Assembly (NCBI GenBank): GCA_050084515.1
Contig: CM114271.1
Location: forward strand, 1,736,001-1,800,000
Source: Blasia pusilla
Lineage: Eukaryota
DNA length: 64,000 nucleotides
Direction: 5' to 3'
The notes under the pieces are model-generated. The model saw only the letters and a list, made by a program, of their open reading frames with translations. It had not been told where the DNA came from and searched no databases. This document shows, piece by piece, positions 35,966 through 49,889 of this stretch. The position numbers were made by a program, and so were the translations under genes. Every line of letters begins with the position of its first letter. The stretch's first letter is position 1.

Positions 35966-38900
35966 GGTAGTAGGTCATGTCGAGAGATGTGATATTTTTT
36001 CTCGGAGTTAGGGGATCCAACCGCCAACTAGGGGGCGGTTGAATGATCTCCATGTATATGTATGAGTTGATTTTTGTACATGTGTGGATCGATCCGTGTG
36101 TGGGGAAGATCGATGTTGTGTGGTGTAGATGTGACCAGCGATGTATGTTGTGTAGCGATATGTATGCGCACGACAGTTGTCACATCTGAGTAGCCGATAG
36201 GCCGAGATCTATTGTGGATAGGGCGTAGGAGCCAGCGGACTACCTTGAGTGTAACTTTGTCCCATAGTGTCGGATGAGGTTGAGGATAAGTCCATTGTGT
36301 CAGGAACGTCGTTTCTGACGACTTTCATGTTGAGGTCTTTTACAGCCGGATGACTTGTTGACCAGGTCACATGCCCCTGGTAACCTGTGCACACAGGTTA
36401 CCACGAGAAGGGCTTTTTTTAGGAGAAGAGCCTTTTGGCTCTTCCCAACCTATATAAGAGAGGAAGATGGCTTTCTTAAGCCATCTTTTTCATGTTGGGC
36501 CGTTGGAGCACCTCCCTTGTATGTGTGTGAGCTAGGACTAGGGTGCTAGCGTCCGGATTCCTTGATAGCACAGGATGGACGAGGCTCGATATGCCGATGT
36601 AGATTGAGGAGTAGAGTTTTAGGCCGGGTGTGCCGTTTTTATTACTCTTTATTTTTTGTTGAGTGATCTCCATGTATATGTATGAGTTGATTTTTGTACA
36701 TGTGTGGATCGACCCGTGTGTGGGGAAGATCGGTGTTGTGTGGTGTAGATGTGACCAGCGATGTATGTTGTGTAGCGATATGTATGCGCAAGACAGAGTG
36801 GCTTTGAAACCTGAATTATTGAATATGGATTTGGGCATGGCATGGTCCCTTAGGGGTCCTTACTTGTATAGATTAAGAGAGGATAACTTTGAAGGTCACT
36901 CCTACCTCTGATTGACGTTGTCTTTTGAGGACTCTTATCTTGTTGACATGTGTTGTTTTAAAGAATTAAGTTAAGAAAGAAGGTAAGTAGTTTAGGGAAA
37001 AGAATAATATATATGCCCATGTAGTACATGAAAAATTTAATAGTTATTTAAATAATATAATTAAATTTGAATGTGACCCAAATTTATTTATTTATTTCTA
37101 AGAATTTTTTATCATGAATAAATAAATAAATTTTTTATTTTTATTTTTTAATAAAAATTTATTCACTATTTAGAATATCCATTTTTTTATAAAAATAAAA
37201 CTCAAAATAGAAAAAAGAAAAATAAGAACATCCCAAAAAGGGAAAGAATCAAGAAATGTACAATGGAATGCAAAAAAATATAGCAACAATCCAACATATA
37301 AACCAACTCACCTAGTTACATGATTAATAGCCTATCACGGCTTTTAGGATAGATCGTTGAGATGTAGTAGAGCGCCTTCGTGAGTAATGTAGGACAGACT
37401 CGGTAAGTCAAGGATGACCTTTTGAGGCCCTAGGAAACCTGAGAGAGTAGGTTTCCCCTTCGTTTCGCTTCATTTGGAGCCATATTGAGGAACTTACTAT
37501 TTTAGGTAAGTACTATTTTTGAGTATGTGATTGACTTTTTATTTTTGGTAAGTGGCCATTGACCTCCTACATCAGAACAAGAGCCAAGGAGGTGACTTGG
37601 GAGCATAGGTTACCATGGAGAGAGCTTGGGAGACGGGAGGGGTATACCTCAAGGAGAGAGAGCTTGAGAGCTCATTCTCTCTTTGTTGAACCTCTTGGCA
37701 TGAGGCGGAGGAGTTATTGTCTTGCTTGCCTTGTGTGTGTAACCCAAGCCTCCCACTAGGAGAGTGGGTTTGGTTTGACATTGATAGAGACATGTGAGAG
37801 TGCACATATTTGAGAGCTATGGTGTTGAGAAAGATTGGATCTTATTTTACAAAGAGAGAATGAATGAGTGAGAGAGCTTCATGGAGGAGCTCGCTGGTCA
37901 CTTGGTGGTTTTTCAGGTTGGAGATTGTATTCCCCGTTCAGCGGTTCATGGGAGTGCTCATCGGAGCAAGAGCTGTTTACTTGTGATGTTTCCTTTGCCG
38001 ATTTTTCGTATGGAAGAGTGGCATGCGGAAGCGCTGCCCAATTTTTATAGGAATTGAATATAGGGGCAGATTGCTCCATGCCGGTGCTCTCAGGAGCACC
38101 ATGTAGCTTGCTGATTTGTGTTCTCACAGGTTTTACATTTTCGTTGGAAGAAATCAGCGCGGAAGCGCTGCCAAATTTTGTGTACGAGAAAGAGACGTTC
38201 GGTTTTACGGCAGTCCCTGTCAGTTTTTACTTGAATGTCTGATTCAATTATTTTTTGACCTTGTTGTAGATCATGAAGTTGTGCAGGCTGTGCAAAAAAT
38301 GATGTGCAATTTGGAGTTGCGAGCAAAAAGTTATGGTCAATCTTGCAAAATTGCCATTGCTAGGTGATTTTAGGGTTAAATTTTTCAAACCCTAAACCAG
38401 CCGCCATGCCGGCGGCGGCCTTCGCCATCATAGTCACCGGAAATGGTCAATGGTCAATGTTGATGGTCAAATATCATTGTCAACGGTCAACTTTCACCAT
38501 CAACGATCAACTGTCACCATCAACGGTCCACGGTCCACCATCGTCTGTTGCCACCGCCTAGCGCTGCTCAGAGCCACGTTCGGCCGTTGTCCACCCTTTG
38601 ATTGCCGTTTCCGCCATTACAGAGTGGAGGGTCTTCCATGACGACCGTTGATCCTCTAACTTGTGCCGCCACCACATACTTTGTTTTGGCCGCCATCGTC
38701 ATTGCAGTTTCGTCATCAACGAGTGATGGCAGATGACCTCGGGTTATGGTGTTTGAGTTTTCATTTCATGCTGCTATGTTGTGATTGGTAGCCGCTCGAC
38801 GACGATCGAGTACCGTGCCGTGACGCCCGTAGCCACAACGCGCCGCTGAGTGCTGCTCGTGGCCGCTCCGCACCGTCTCGATCGTGGAGCCGCTCCTTCA

Positions 38901-41900
38901 CTAAGGAGCAGAGCGTGTGAATTTCTGATTGAGGAGGGCATGTTGCCGAGTGCCGCACCCCATTCCCGAGTGCCGTGCCGTTTGTAGCCGTTCCGTGCCG
39001 CCAGTGCCGCACCGGACCGTTGGACCTGCACCGCACATCGAGGAGGTTTGAGCAGCGTCAGTACGAGAAGAGTACGACTTGACGATTTGAGGAGTTGTCT
39101 TCACAACCAAGTTGGGGTCGAGATTTACAGTTTTCGAGGAGCGACATTGAAATTGTTGTCAGGTTACCCATTATGGTCTCTTACCCTGCAATTGTAAGGG
39201 ATTTTTGGGTATTGGGAAGTTATTTGGGATATTGGGTTTCGTGCTGATGCAAGGAGCATCAATGATGTATGGGTTTAGGGACATAGACCTGTGTGGGATG
39301 TCCAGAGTTGAGGATGGTTTGTCGATGAGATGATAGATTAGTTGATTTGCCGGACCGCGCCGCTTGTTGTCGCATAACACATGTCTCAGTGAGAGAGTGT
39401 AGATTGAGTGCCGCATGTTTAGTTTGAGTGATTGAGGGATTACTCGCAAGATTGAGAGTGATCGTGTGAGAAGGGCACGAGGGCCATCACGGCGTCCTTT
39501 CAGGATTTTGAGAGGTGATGTAGTGGACCTGAGAGTAGCTCTAGAGGGTTTACCCGGAGTGGTGCGAGGTTTCGAGGGTCTCCACGTGAGAGACCACCTC
39601 GATCTCCTTCTGTGTCGTCTTCAAACGAGGGGGAGCGTATAGAGGAGTGTGTTAGTGATCCACTGTACACATTGAGTGGTCTTACCACTTGGACGTACGA
39701 GATGGACGACGAGGTAGAGGACCGTGTAGGTTTTTGGGTGTTGTAGGCACCATAGAGCTACACGACTTTATTGTGGAGTTTAGGAGTTTGTGTGACTCAC
39801 AACGGTTTAGGAACTCTAGAGAGTTCAACTCATTTATAGCATGGAATGGTATGTTCCAACATTTAGAGGGGGCGCCCATGGACGATTACCATGAGTTCTC
39901 CCACAGATATGCCCAGGAGATTGAGGCATGACGACTCTACTATGACCCACACTATGTGTCATGGACGGAGCCATTCCCAGATGAGGAGGTGGAGTCAAGA
40001 GAGGCTACTTCCTCTTCCACTAGTGATGTTTTAGGAGGGGTCACTCGCACTGGAGCAATTGCACCGTCTAGTTGGGTTTATCCCAGGTTCAACCCTGTGG
40101 TTGAGTTCTTCGTTGAGTTGAGGGCGAGCTACCACGGGGTACGGACGGAGAAGTTGCGGAGCACCCACGACTTCCAAAGGCGCCCATGTGAGAGTTTACG
40201 TGAGGCTTACACTCACTTGCGCCGCTTCATCAACGTCACTTAGGGGATGACAGAGGCTCAGGCTATCCACTCATGGTACGCGATGCTGGACCGGACCTTG
40301 CGGACACGGGTGCGGGAGGGGGTGCTTCTTATGAACACGTCCCCTATGTTGAGAGAAGTTTTTAGGACTGCCAAGAACAGTGAGCGCAACATGGCGGAGG
40401 AGAGGGTAGCGACCATGGGTTCTGGGCGAGAGCAGTCACGATTGTCTGCACCACTAGTGCAACAACGTGGACTCCGAGATAGGTCGACTATGGCACCACG
40501 AGCTCAGGGAGGATATTGGGAGGCCGTGCCACAGAGGCTTACGCCTTCATATGCGGCGCAGTAGCAACCGCCTATGATTTCTTGTTGGTCATGTGGTGGA
40601 GCCCATTATCAGTGCGATTGCACTCGTCAGGGTCATGGACGTGTGCTTCAGCATGGAGGAGGAGATGGTGTTGCACTAGGAGGTTATCAGTGTGACTATT
40701 GTTAGAGGTATGGTCATACACGTGCCAGATGTTTCAATTTACACCGTGAGTACGTCCGGACCGAGGGCCAGAGAGGGCACCAGAATGAGTAGCCGGTCCG
40801 AGAGGGCGTGGAGATCGTGCACCACGTGATTCTGTTGGGGGACAAGGAGCTGGAGTTTCCCAACATGGTGGTGGAGCTTCCCGTGGAGGAGGTAGAGTCC
40901 CACCACCTAGACGCGTCGAGGGAGACGTTGGGCATGAGGCTGGGATGGTTGCTCAGATACAGCAGCTATAGGAGCACATTGCCGCTATGGCATTGAGGTT
41001 ACCCGGTGCCGGATCTGTGGCATCGACATCATATGGAGCAGCCAAAGATATGGAGGATCTTGGTTGGATGTGCGGGGTTGCCCAGATGGAGGCCGCCGCA
41101 GTTGTGACGCATGGAGCAGTTGCAGAGTTGGATCCACGACGAGGGGAAGCCAGGAAACAGACTAGGCTTCCTCAGTCTTTCACTGTGTCCGAGGCGATGA
41201 GGACCCCATCAATGGGTCTTGATCAGAGTTCCTGGAGAGTTGGTGATGTTGTTGGTGTGCAGGCATGGAGGTCGATGGGAGAAGCGAGTGCGACGACTCC
41301 TATTGCTGATGCTTAGGAGGGGCATGTGTCAAGCACATTGTTGGGGGCGGCCACCGTTGTGTACCGCACTCCTTTATTTTTTTCTTTCGATGTTATGACG
41401 TTGGGAGGTACGCCCGCCGAGGTTTTTTGGCTGGCCGCTATGCTATGTGAGCGTGGAGTTGGAGTTCCTTCATCGCGTTCTAAGGTGATTGCAGAGGAGG
41501 TGATGGACCTGCCCTTGGAGCGGATGCTCGGGCCATCAACGTCAGATTCATGGCAGGCTGCGGCTGCTAGGATGGCAGAGATGCCCGCTAGACTCACTAT
41601 AGAGCGTGCCATGGCTTCTCCTGGTGTTGTGTTGCTGGATAACCGAGGAGACGTCTTCCAGTTGGTGAATCCTGGAGATAGAGATTTTAGTCCGCAGCGC
41701 GTCTTGTTGGATTCAGGAGCGCAACCCTTGATGTTGGGAAAAGCGTCATTCAGAGGATTGGGTTTGACGAGAGCCGATCTCGAGCATTGTCCATTTTGGA
41801 TACAGACATCCTTGAGTGGAGCAAGTACCACACAGTATATGATCCGGCAGGAGGTCATGATGAGGATTCGCCCAGGACATCCTATAGATGAGTCCCTAGT

Positions 41901-42423
41901 GCGAGCCAAGGCGATAGTGACTGATGAAGAGTCCTACGACATCTTGGTTGGTGGAGCAGTGTTATACCCATTGGGGTTTTTCCTGGATTACTGGGAGGAG
42001 TTAGCGTCCTACAGACCAGGATGCCAGTCAGGTGATGGGCGCCTTAGCTCATTACCCGTTTGATTCACAGGTGCAGTGATGGAGCGACGGCCAGGAGATA
42101 TGGCGACCTTAGCAGCATTTAGCAGTGCTATCACTTGGCCTAGTGATTTGATCGAGGGACATGTCCATGCAGAGGATACTCCCATTCCTGACATTTCTAT
42201 GCAGAGGAATGTCATGGTAGCCCCATCAGTCCGTGGAGGAGAGGTGCCGCTTTGGGGCTCGACTAAGGAGCTTTGACGCTTAACCACTAAGCATGTGCAA
42301 ACGGCATGGAGCGAGATGTTTGCACCGGAGTGTGACAGGTCAGAGGAACCCCAAGTAGGCAGGAGTGCTGCTATGACCCCTTTGGACACCACCCCGATTG
42401 TGTGGTGCATCCCAGAGAAGGGT

Positions 42424-43385
42424 ATTCGGGTGTTGGATCTCATTGGAGGGATCACCACTAGGTTAGCTGCTGTTTTGCATGCTAGAGTGCGCGTGCAGCA
42501 ATACTTGTATGTGGAGATTGATGATACTACGAGGCGCACTTCACTTCACCATGTGGCGCTGTTACGCCTCCGTTTCCCCGACTTATTGTATGCGGCTGCC
42601 ATTCAGGGTTACCCGAGTTCCCTACCAAGGGACATTTCATTGTTGGGGTGCAGAACTTGGAGCGGGTAGGGACCATAGACTTGGTCATTGGTGGTTGGCC
42701 GTGTTAGGGCCAATCGAGTGCTGGACGAGGTAGCGGGTTAGCTGACACTCGGTCCAGGTTGTTTTGGGAGATGATGCGGATCTTGCGACATTTACATGAG
42801 CATCAGCCTCGTTCTCCACCATACATTTTGGAGAATGTGCTGATTTTGGGCGATTCGAGGTACCGCGTGGTGACGAGTGCACATCATGTGCGCGTATGGA
42901 TTGGCCCGGCAGTGTTGTTAGATGCAGCGAGTGTAGGTTCTAGAGCACACCGCCCGCGTCTTTGGTGGACTAACTTGGTACCACATTATGTGTTGCGGAG
43001 GGCTTATGCGAGAGTGGAGCATCCTTCCGATTTGTTGGTGGATTCTATATTGGATCTGGGCTGGAAATCATAGGCAGTGAGGCACGATGATCGACCATTG
43101 TTGACTGTGGTCAACAGGATTGGCATGCCATGAGTAGCCTTTCCCACATTGGTGAGTTTTCTCGCTTCCTATGCATTCAAGGAGGTCGGACCTGGCTTGG
43201 TTTGGGATGACCAGGTACAAAGGTTGGTGGATCCCAACGCCGATGAGCGAGAGCGAGCGATGGGATTCCCCACAGGAGTGACGGCAATATCGTCACTATC
43301 AGAGGTATCATGACATCATGTCTTGGGTCAGGCGATGGACCTGAACTGCTTGACATAGATTTTTAGCTTAGGAGTAGCTGAGCAA
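42424..43385 (+). pseudogene. Element 3 DNMT3-like methyltransferase domain
   Basis: IRVLDLIGGITT, DLVIGGWPC*, YILENV, AHRPRLWWTNL, ERERAMGFP, VLGQAMDLNCL. Confidence 0.88.
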
Positions 43386-45824
43386 CGTCGTTTGAGGATA
43401 CGAAAAATCAAAGTTGTTGGGTTGGTGAGCCCCCTGCCTACTGAGACGGTTGAGGCAGTGGCTAGGGGCAAGACCCGAGGACATTGACACACTAGGGGTG
43501 ATCGGGAGAGACACCCTTGGAATTCTTGGGATGTTTTGCAGGTATGCCAGGAGATGATAGCCATAGTATTAAGCGTGGTTCCGGCTACTACACGTGGAGA
43601 TGAGAGTTCTACTTTCCGAGATGGGGTTGCACCATAGCAACCACCGACATCCACGCCGGAGAGTCCTACCGTAGTCACGATGGAGACTTGGGAGCCAGAT
43701 ATGGGCCCTAAGTTGACAGGAGGAGAGCGGCGCCGGATACACTAATTCCTTAGGAGTTATAGGAGTTGTTTTGCATTTAGTATGCATGATTTGGGTATGC
43801 TGAAGGGTCCAGGATCCGCATTGAGTTCTCGAGTGACACGCCGATCTTCCGACAATCCTATAGGTACAGTGACATGGAGAGGGCTTTGATTCAGAGTAGG
43901 AGCCATGACTTGGTTGGAGCAGGACTAGTGGAGATGTCGCATGGAGAGTATGCATCTGCCACTATCATGCCTGCCACGAAGGATGTGCATGGCAAGTGGA
44001 CGGATAGGAGGATGTGTGGAGATTACCGACCTATCAATCGGCAGACGAAGTCTGATAGGTATGCCATGCCCACCCCTGAGGAGATCTTTGATGCAATTGG
44101 GCATGCAAAGCTCTACTATTCATTGGATTTGCGAGCCGGATACCATCAGCTGCCTATCAAATTGGAGGACACGTAGAAGACGGCATTTTGGGGCATCGAT
44201 CCTCACGGGAAGGATTGCTTGTACCAGTGGCGGTTCTTACTATTCAGGTTAAAGAATGCCCCGACTGAGTTTCAAAGGGTCATGGATAGGATCTTGGCAG
44301 GTTTGGATTTTTCTAGGTGTTATATTGATGACATCGTAGTCTTTAGCGCCACAGTTGAGGAGCATGAGCGACATCTAGAGGAGGTGTTTTTCCGATTGCA
44401 GTTACATGGGCTGAAGCTACATCCAGGCAAGTGCAAGTTCTTCTATGGCAAGATTGAGCACTTGGGTCATACGATATACCCAGGGGGCCTTGGTGTGCAA
44501 CAGACCAAGGTAGAGGCTATTTCACGCATTCCACGCCCTACAGATGTGAGTCGAGTTCGTGCATTCATGGGATTGGCAAACTTCTATCGACAATACGTTA
44601 AGGGTTTCAGTTCGATTTCGGAGCCGCTTACCTTGATGACCAAGGTGGATTAGAGTGTTACTTGGGGGATGAGCAAGAGAGAGCATTTCATATGCTCAAG
44701 GACAAATTCACATCTGCGCCCATATTGAGGAGACCGAATCGGGGGCGTCCTTTCCACTTGCGTACCGATTGGAGCATGTTGGGGCTTGGAGCCATGCTCA
44801 CCCAGCATGACGATGATCGTGGTGGCTTACACTAGTCACTCGAATAATACTGTAGAGGCGAAGTATAGCTTGTATGAGGATGAGTGCTTGGCTGCAGTAT
44901 GGGCTGTCGCATATTTTAGATCTTATATATTCGGAAATCCCTTTACCATCATAACTGATAGGGAAGCTTGCGAGGTAGGCTCTTTTGTTGCAGGAGTATG
45001 ACTTCCAAGTGGTGCATAGACTAAGGATGCTCAACCAGGATGCAGATGGTTTGAGCCGTAACCCATGCCCGAGTCAGTAAGATGCAAGTGGAGCTCGTTG
45101 GCATGGTGAGAGTGAAGAGGAGTTGGTGCCAGGATGGCATGCGTCAGCCTATTTGGGCTTGTTGGCTATGGAGAGCCAGATTATTGAGACTTTGATGGCA
45201 AGGATTAATGGATAGTCCTTAGATCCAGAGGCCGTTGAAGAGACGACATGTGGCCGATACATTCACAAAGATGAAGTGGTCTTGGAGTACCTACATACTG
45301 GCAGCGTCGCGAGCAGAGTGGGTGCTAGAGAGCGGGATCAGATCCTACAGTGAGCCAGAAGGTTCCGGTGGGAGGGCACACATGTGTTGCGAGTGTGGGA
45401 GGATGGTAGAGTGCGTATAATGCCTCATCCTTCGTAGAGAGCACGTTTGGTGCGTCATGCCCATGAGGAGTTGGATCATTTTGGAGTGAAGCGGACGTAC
45501 AACTTGCTCCAGATTCAATATTGGTGGCAAGACATGCAGATTGACGTTCAACAGTTTGTTGCCAGATGCATGGTGTGTGATCGAGTCCAAGCATCGTTCA
45601 ATGCTCCGAATCCACAGTTGCATCCACTTCCGATCATGGGTTCAGGTTATAGATGGAGTTTGGATTTTGCAGGACCTTTCCCTTTGACGGAGCGTCATAG
45701 TTGTTATGTGTTGGTGATGGTCGAGCACTTCTCGAAGTGGATAGAGTTGGTTGCATTGCCTAACAAAGCAATTGAGGGAGTAGTGTATGCCTTCCTAGAT
45801 CAAGTGCTCAGTCATTATGGCGCA

Positions 45825-45845
45825 CCCTAAACCCTAAACCCTAAA
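45825..45845 (+). repeat. (CCCTAAA)3 plant telomeric repeat inserted in the element 3 integrase
   Basis: Three exact CCCTAAA units flanked by the direct repeat CGCACC (45821-45826, 45846-45851). Absent from the other copies. Confidence 0.8.
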
Positions 45846-48800
45846 CGCACCAACTCACGTGTTGACAAACCAGGGTACAGAGTTCCGCGGGGAGTTTCAG
45901 GCCTTGTGTGATCAAGCACTGATCAACCACCGCACTACTTCGCGAGATCATCCTGAGGCGGATGGACTAGCGGAGCGGGTTGTGCATACGGTGAAGAGAG
46001 GACTACGCAAGTATGGCTTGCAGAGAGGTCACCTAGGAGATTGGGACCTTCAGTTGCCATGGTTGACGATGGGATACAAATACAGTAGGCAGGCATCCTT
46101 AGCGTCTTTCTCACTGTACTTGTTGTTTTATGGTGGAGAGCTAGATTTATCTACGGCCATTTTTCAAGATGTTGGTGAGGTGTTGAACCTTGATGACCCT
46201 GATGTATGGATGCGAGCATGTTCTCACAGAGCTGAGTTGTTTCGGAGAGTGATGCCATGGCGTTTGAGAACTTTGCGATTGCGCAACAGCATGATACATT
46301 GAGGTATGCGACTATTCGGGGAGGTGGTTATCGACCTACTATCCCGAGGTTTCATCAAGAAGACCATGTCTACTTGCAGCAGACGATACCCACGACGTTG
46401 GATGTGACTGCAAGGCGCACCATCTTGAGAGTGCGTGAGGTTTTGCCATCCAGTGTTCTCTTATTGGAGGGATGCCATGGTATGGTTTGGAAGGGCCATG
46501 TGCGTAACTGTGCGCCATATCATCTTCCAAACATTGAAGGTATATTTGATCTGAGCTTAGCAATAGTTCCTGCAGGCTTGCGGTGTATGTTGTGTGGTTC
46601 CGCCCATGGTGCAGCCACTATGCTAGTCTATGATGGGTGTTTGAGAGGATGGCATGTGGCATGTTTGACACCACCTCTCACTAGGGTTCCTCAAGGACGA
46701 TGGATATGTCCCAGATGTACATAGAGTAGGTAGTTCTACATTCCTACTTGTGTCTGTGACATGGATGACAAGAAGGCGACTAACGATGGGGCCACATGAG
46801 CACCCGACCTTCTTGCTCTTAGCGTCCGAGAGATGTATGTCATGGTAGGTAGGGATAAATAGCTATCTAGAGTTAGAGGGATCTAACCACCAGCTAGGGG
46901 GGCGATTGGAGATATTTTGGTACTTCCTATCTCATTGTTTGGATGCCATGAGTTAGCATGGGATCGTGCGTGTTTGTGTGTGTGTTCGGTGACAGTGATG
47001 AATGTTGTGTAGCGATGTGTATGCGCACTATAGTTGTCACGGATTTTAGGATAGATCGGTGAGATCTAGTAGAGCACCTTCGTGAGTAGTGGAGGATATG
47101 CTCAGTAGGTTGAGGATGACCTGCTGAGGCCCTAGGAAACCTGAGAGAGTAGGTTTCCCCTTCGTTTCGGCTCATTTGGAGCCATATTGAGGAACTTACT
47201 ATTTTAGGTAAATACCATTTTGAGTATATGATCTACTTTATATTTTTGTTAAGTGGCCTTTGACCTCCTATATGAGAACAAGACCACAAGGAGGTGACTT
47301 GGGAACATAGGTTACCATGGAGAGAGCTTGGAAGAGGGGAGGGGTATACCTCAAGGAGACAGAGCTTGAGAGCTCATTCTCTCTTTGTTGAACCTCTTGG
47401 CATGGAATGGCAGAGCTATGGTCTTGCTTGCCTTGTGTGTGTAATCCAAACCTCCCATTAGGAGAGTGGGTTTGGTTTGACATTGAGAGAGATATGTGAA
47501 AGTGCACACATTTGAGAGCTATGGTGTTGAGAGATATTGGATCTTATTTCAATTGGAGATATTTGGATACTTCTTGTCTCATTGTTTGGATGCCATAAGT
47601 TAGCATGGGATCATGCGTGTTTGTGTGTGTGTTCGGTGACAGCGATGTATGTTGTGTAGCAATGTGTATGCGCACGACAAGCCTGAAAAAAATTTTTTTG
47701 ACAAGAATACTAATATTTGGTCAAACGTGAATGGACAACGAGATGAGCTGCATCCAACCACTTTAACTCAATATATCAACGTGAGGCCATCGAGATGCAT
47801 TTCTAAAAATAAATAGTGACTATAAAGAGAGAACGACTATAAGAAGGGACAAGGTGATGATTCTCGAGGGAGTGGTGCATGGTTCACAAAAACAGATAAG
47901 TCCGTCTTTAGGACGGACAAGTTTGGACATGGATTACAGTAGGTGGGGCCCACACTTATAGCTTATGATGGAAGGGGGTCGATCAAATTAATGGTGCACA
48001 AAAAGAAGTGGATGTTGAGAATCCAACAAAAAAATCATCATGTATCTTCTCAAGCATTAGTATATCATAAGTTTTTCTTCTCTTGTAAGATTGGGCCTAA
48101 TCTATAGTGCCCAAGTCTGGATCATGACTATGATAGGACTTGAAATACATGGTTTAGTTGCTATTGAGCCACTTCTTGCTTTGAGCACTACTAGTGCTTG
48201 CTTACTCTTATGCGATCTCCTAAAATAGATATCTCTACCCTTGAGACTCCTCCTGCATATGCATTACATTCCACAAAGTCCACGGATGTCTACTCCATTC
48301 ACTTCTTTTTGTGAATCTTATATGTCTAAACCCCTTGCTTCACTTCAGTTAGTAATTGTATTATAAGACTCTACATCTAGTGAGAGGCAAGTTAGCTCAA
48401 TAGTGTGGAAAACGTTGCATGTGACAAAACTTCCAAGTAGACCATTATCTATCAATCATCTTTTTTTTATTTTCTAGGATTGAAACCCTAGATCCTAAAT
48501 TGAATTCACTGTCAATTGCGGCCGTCTCTCTACTCTAGTGTATGCCTTCCTCAACACCTCATGTGGCATCAAGTTTGTCAACCATATGCATGGATGGTGT
48601 ACACATAATCCACACTTACTGCATCCAATGACATGGTTGGCATAATCTATGATTGAACAAAGTGTATACTTATCACCACCCATGCAAGAGAATCACGTAA
48701 AAGGAATATTATTCAAAATATAAGGTGGAGAATAGAGTTAATACTCATGCATGATGTCACAAGATCCACCCTCTTTCCCAAAATAACATTGATTTGGGAT

Positions 48801-49011
48801 TGCCCAAGCCACCCCACACTTGACTGGCCTTGACGTGTCCAACGAATAATTTCCAAATGAATGGTGCCCATCTAGACTAAATCCTACGCCCCCAATAGTG
48901 AGACATACATCGATAAAGAACTTTGGTATCCCTCCAACATTATCTTTAATTAAAAATGTGGAAATCAAAGCCTCAACTAGGCCACATATGAAACTTGTTC
49001 GGCCATCTCAT

Positions 49012-49331
49012 CACGGTTGCATACGAACAAAGTCCATGTCCGAAAACATGTCCATGTTCGTAGACTTACGCTCGTCTTATGAAAGGACTTGTCCATGTAG
49101 GCCCCATCTTCCTCTTCTTTCTCATTCCCCCTACTTGCCTTTGTGTTCTATACTTTCCTATTTCTTCCTCCCTCCACCTCTACTTCCTCCCCGATTATTG
49201 CTCCACTCACCCTTGCCGTGCCTTCCATCATAAACTATAAGTATAGGCCTTACCTCTTATAATCCATGTGCATGGTCCTGTCCATACTTGTCCGTTCTAG
49301 GGACGGACTTGTTTATTTTTGTGCAACCATG
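49012..49331. mobile_element. hAT-type MITE inserted in the relic DNMT
   Basis: TIRs CACGGTTGCA / TGCAACCATG; degenerate 8-bp TSD CATCTCAT / AATCTTAT. Confidence 0.6.
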
Positions 49332-49483
49332 AATCTTATATGTCTCCAAAAAAAAAAAATATTTTATGTGACGACCTTATTACAAGAGGGTAGCCAATAC
49401 CAATTTGATCCCTCCAAAGAGATCAAACATTTATTCCCTCCTCAAGATACTACCACACAATCAAAGTGGTGTCTAAGATTGAC

Positions 49484-49889
49484 GAAGCTTACACACAGAA
49501 AAAGTGTGTGTCCTTGGACTTATGTCCTTGCAGACTCGAGTAGCCACGGTCTGCACCCAAGGCTACAATTGAGTCTGCCCCTAAGCCCATGAAGCCCATA
49601 ACGTAGACCCAAGCTCAGACAACCTGCACCCATTTTGTAGCCTGCATGAAGCCCGCGTGCGGTCTATAGGATGGGTTGGGCCCCCATTTGTGAGCTTAGG
49701 CCCATGCAAGGCCCGTGGTCAAGCCCGCGAGGCAAGCCTGCCATGGGTTTCATGCGGGCTACAAAATGGGTTCGGGTTGGACAAACCCGAGTCTACATAA
49801 CGGGCTCATGGACGATCTTGGGTGCGAGCGGGGGACCCGTTGGGCATGTCCGGCCCATGGACAAACTTATCCGTTTCCGTGCAACCTTG
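49484..49889. mobile_element. hAT-type MITE with internal inverted repeat
   Basis: Right TIR GTGCAACCTTG and degenerate left TIR GAAGCTTACAC. TSD AGATTGAC / GGATTGAC. Internal inverted repeat about 49601-49655 vs 49745-49800. Confidence 0.65.

Larger units (their letters stand above)
27486..36795 (+). mobile_element. Element 2: split-repeat DNMT/PHD Gypsy-order retrotransposon
   Basis: TSD GAGT (27482-27485, 36796-36799). A1 27486-27965, B1 36038-36175, A2 36178-36657, B2 36658-36795. A is 480 bp and B is 138 bp. Confidence 0.93.
39550..46724 (+). pseudogene. Element 3 polyprotein Gag-PR-DNMT-RT-RNaseH-IN-PHD
   Basis: TRSG N-terminus, CWSCGGAH knuckle, VLLDSGAQ, RRMCGDYRPIN, YIDD, HEELDH..CMVC, DFAGP, ADGLAER, and PHD ...WICPRC. 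Confidence 0.9.
37333..47679 (+). mobile_element. Element 3: split-repeat DNMT/PHD Gypsy-order retrotransposon (third family)
   Basis: TSD AGCC (37329-37332, 47680-47683). A1 37333-37849 (TATCA, mutated from TGTCA), B1 46905-47032, A2 47035-47551, B2 47552-47679. A is 517 bp and B is 128 bp. Confidence 0.92.

Noticed and set aside
47878-49331. About 50-bp inverted repeats enclosing an antisense DNMT fragment, suggesting a Pack-type transposon that captured the MTase
   Set aside because: No TSD flanks this pair. The right arm belongs to a MITE at 49012-49331 with its own TSD, and the DNMT fragment is part of the larger relic retroelement.
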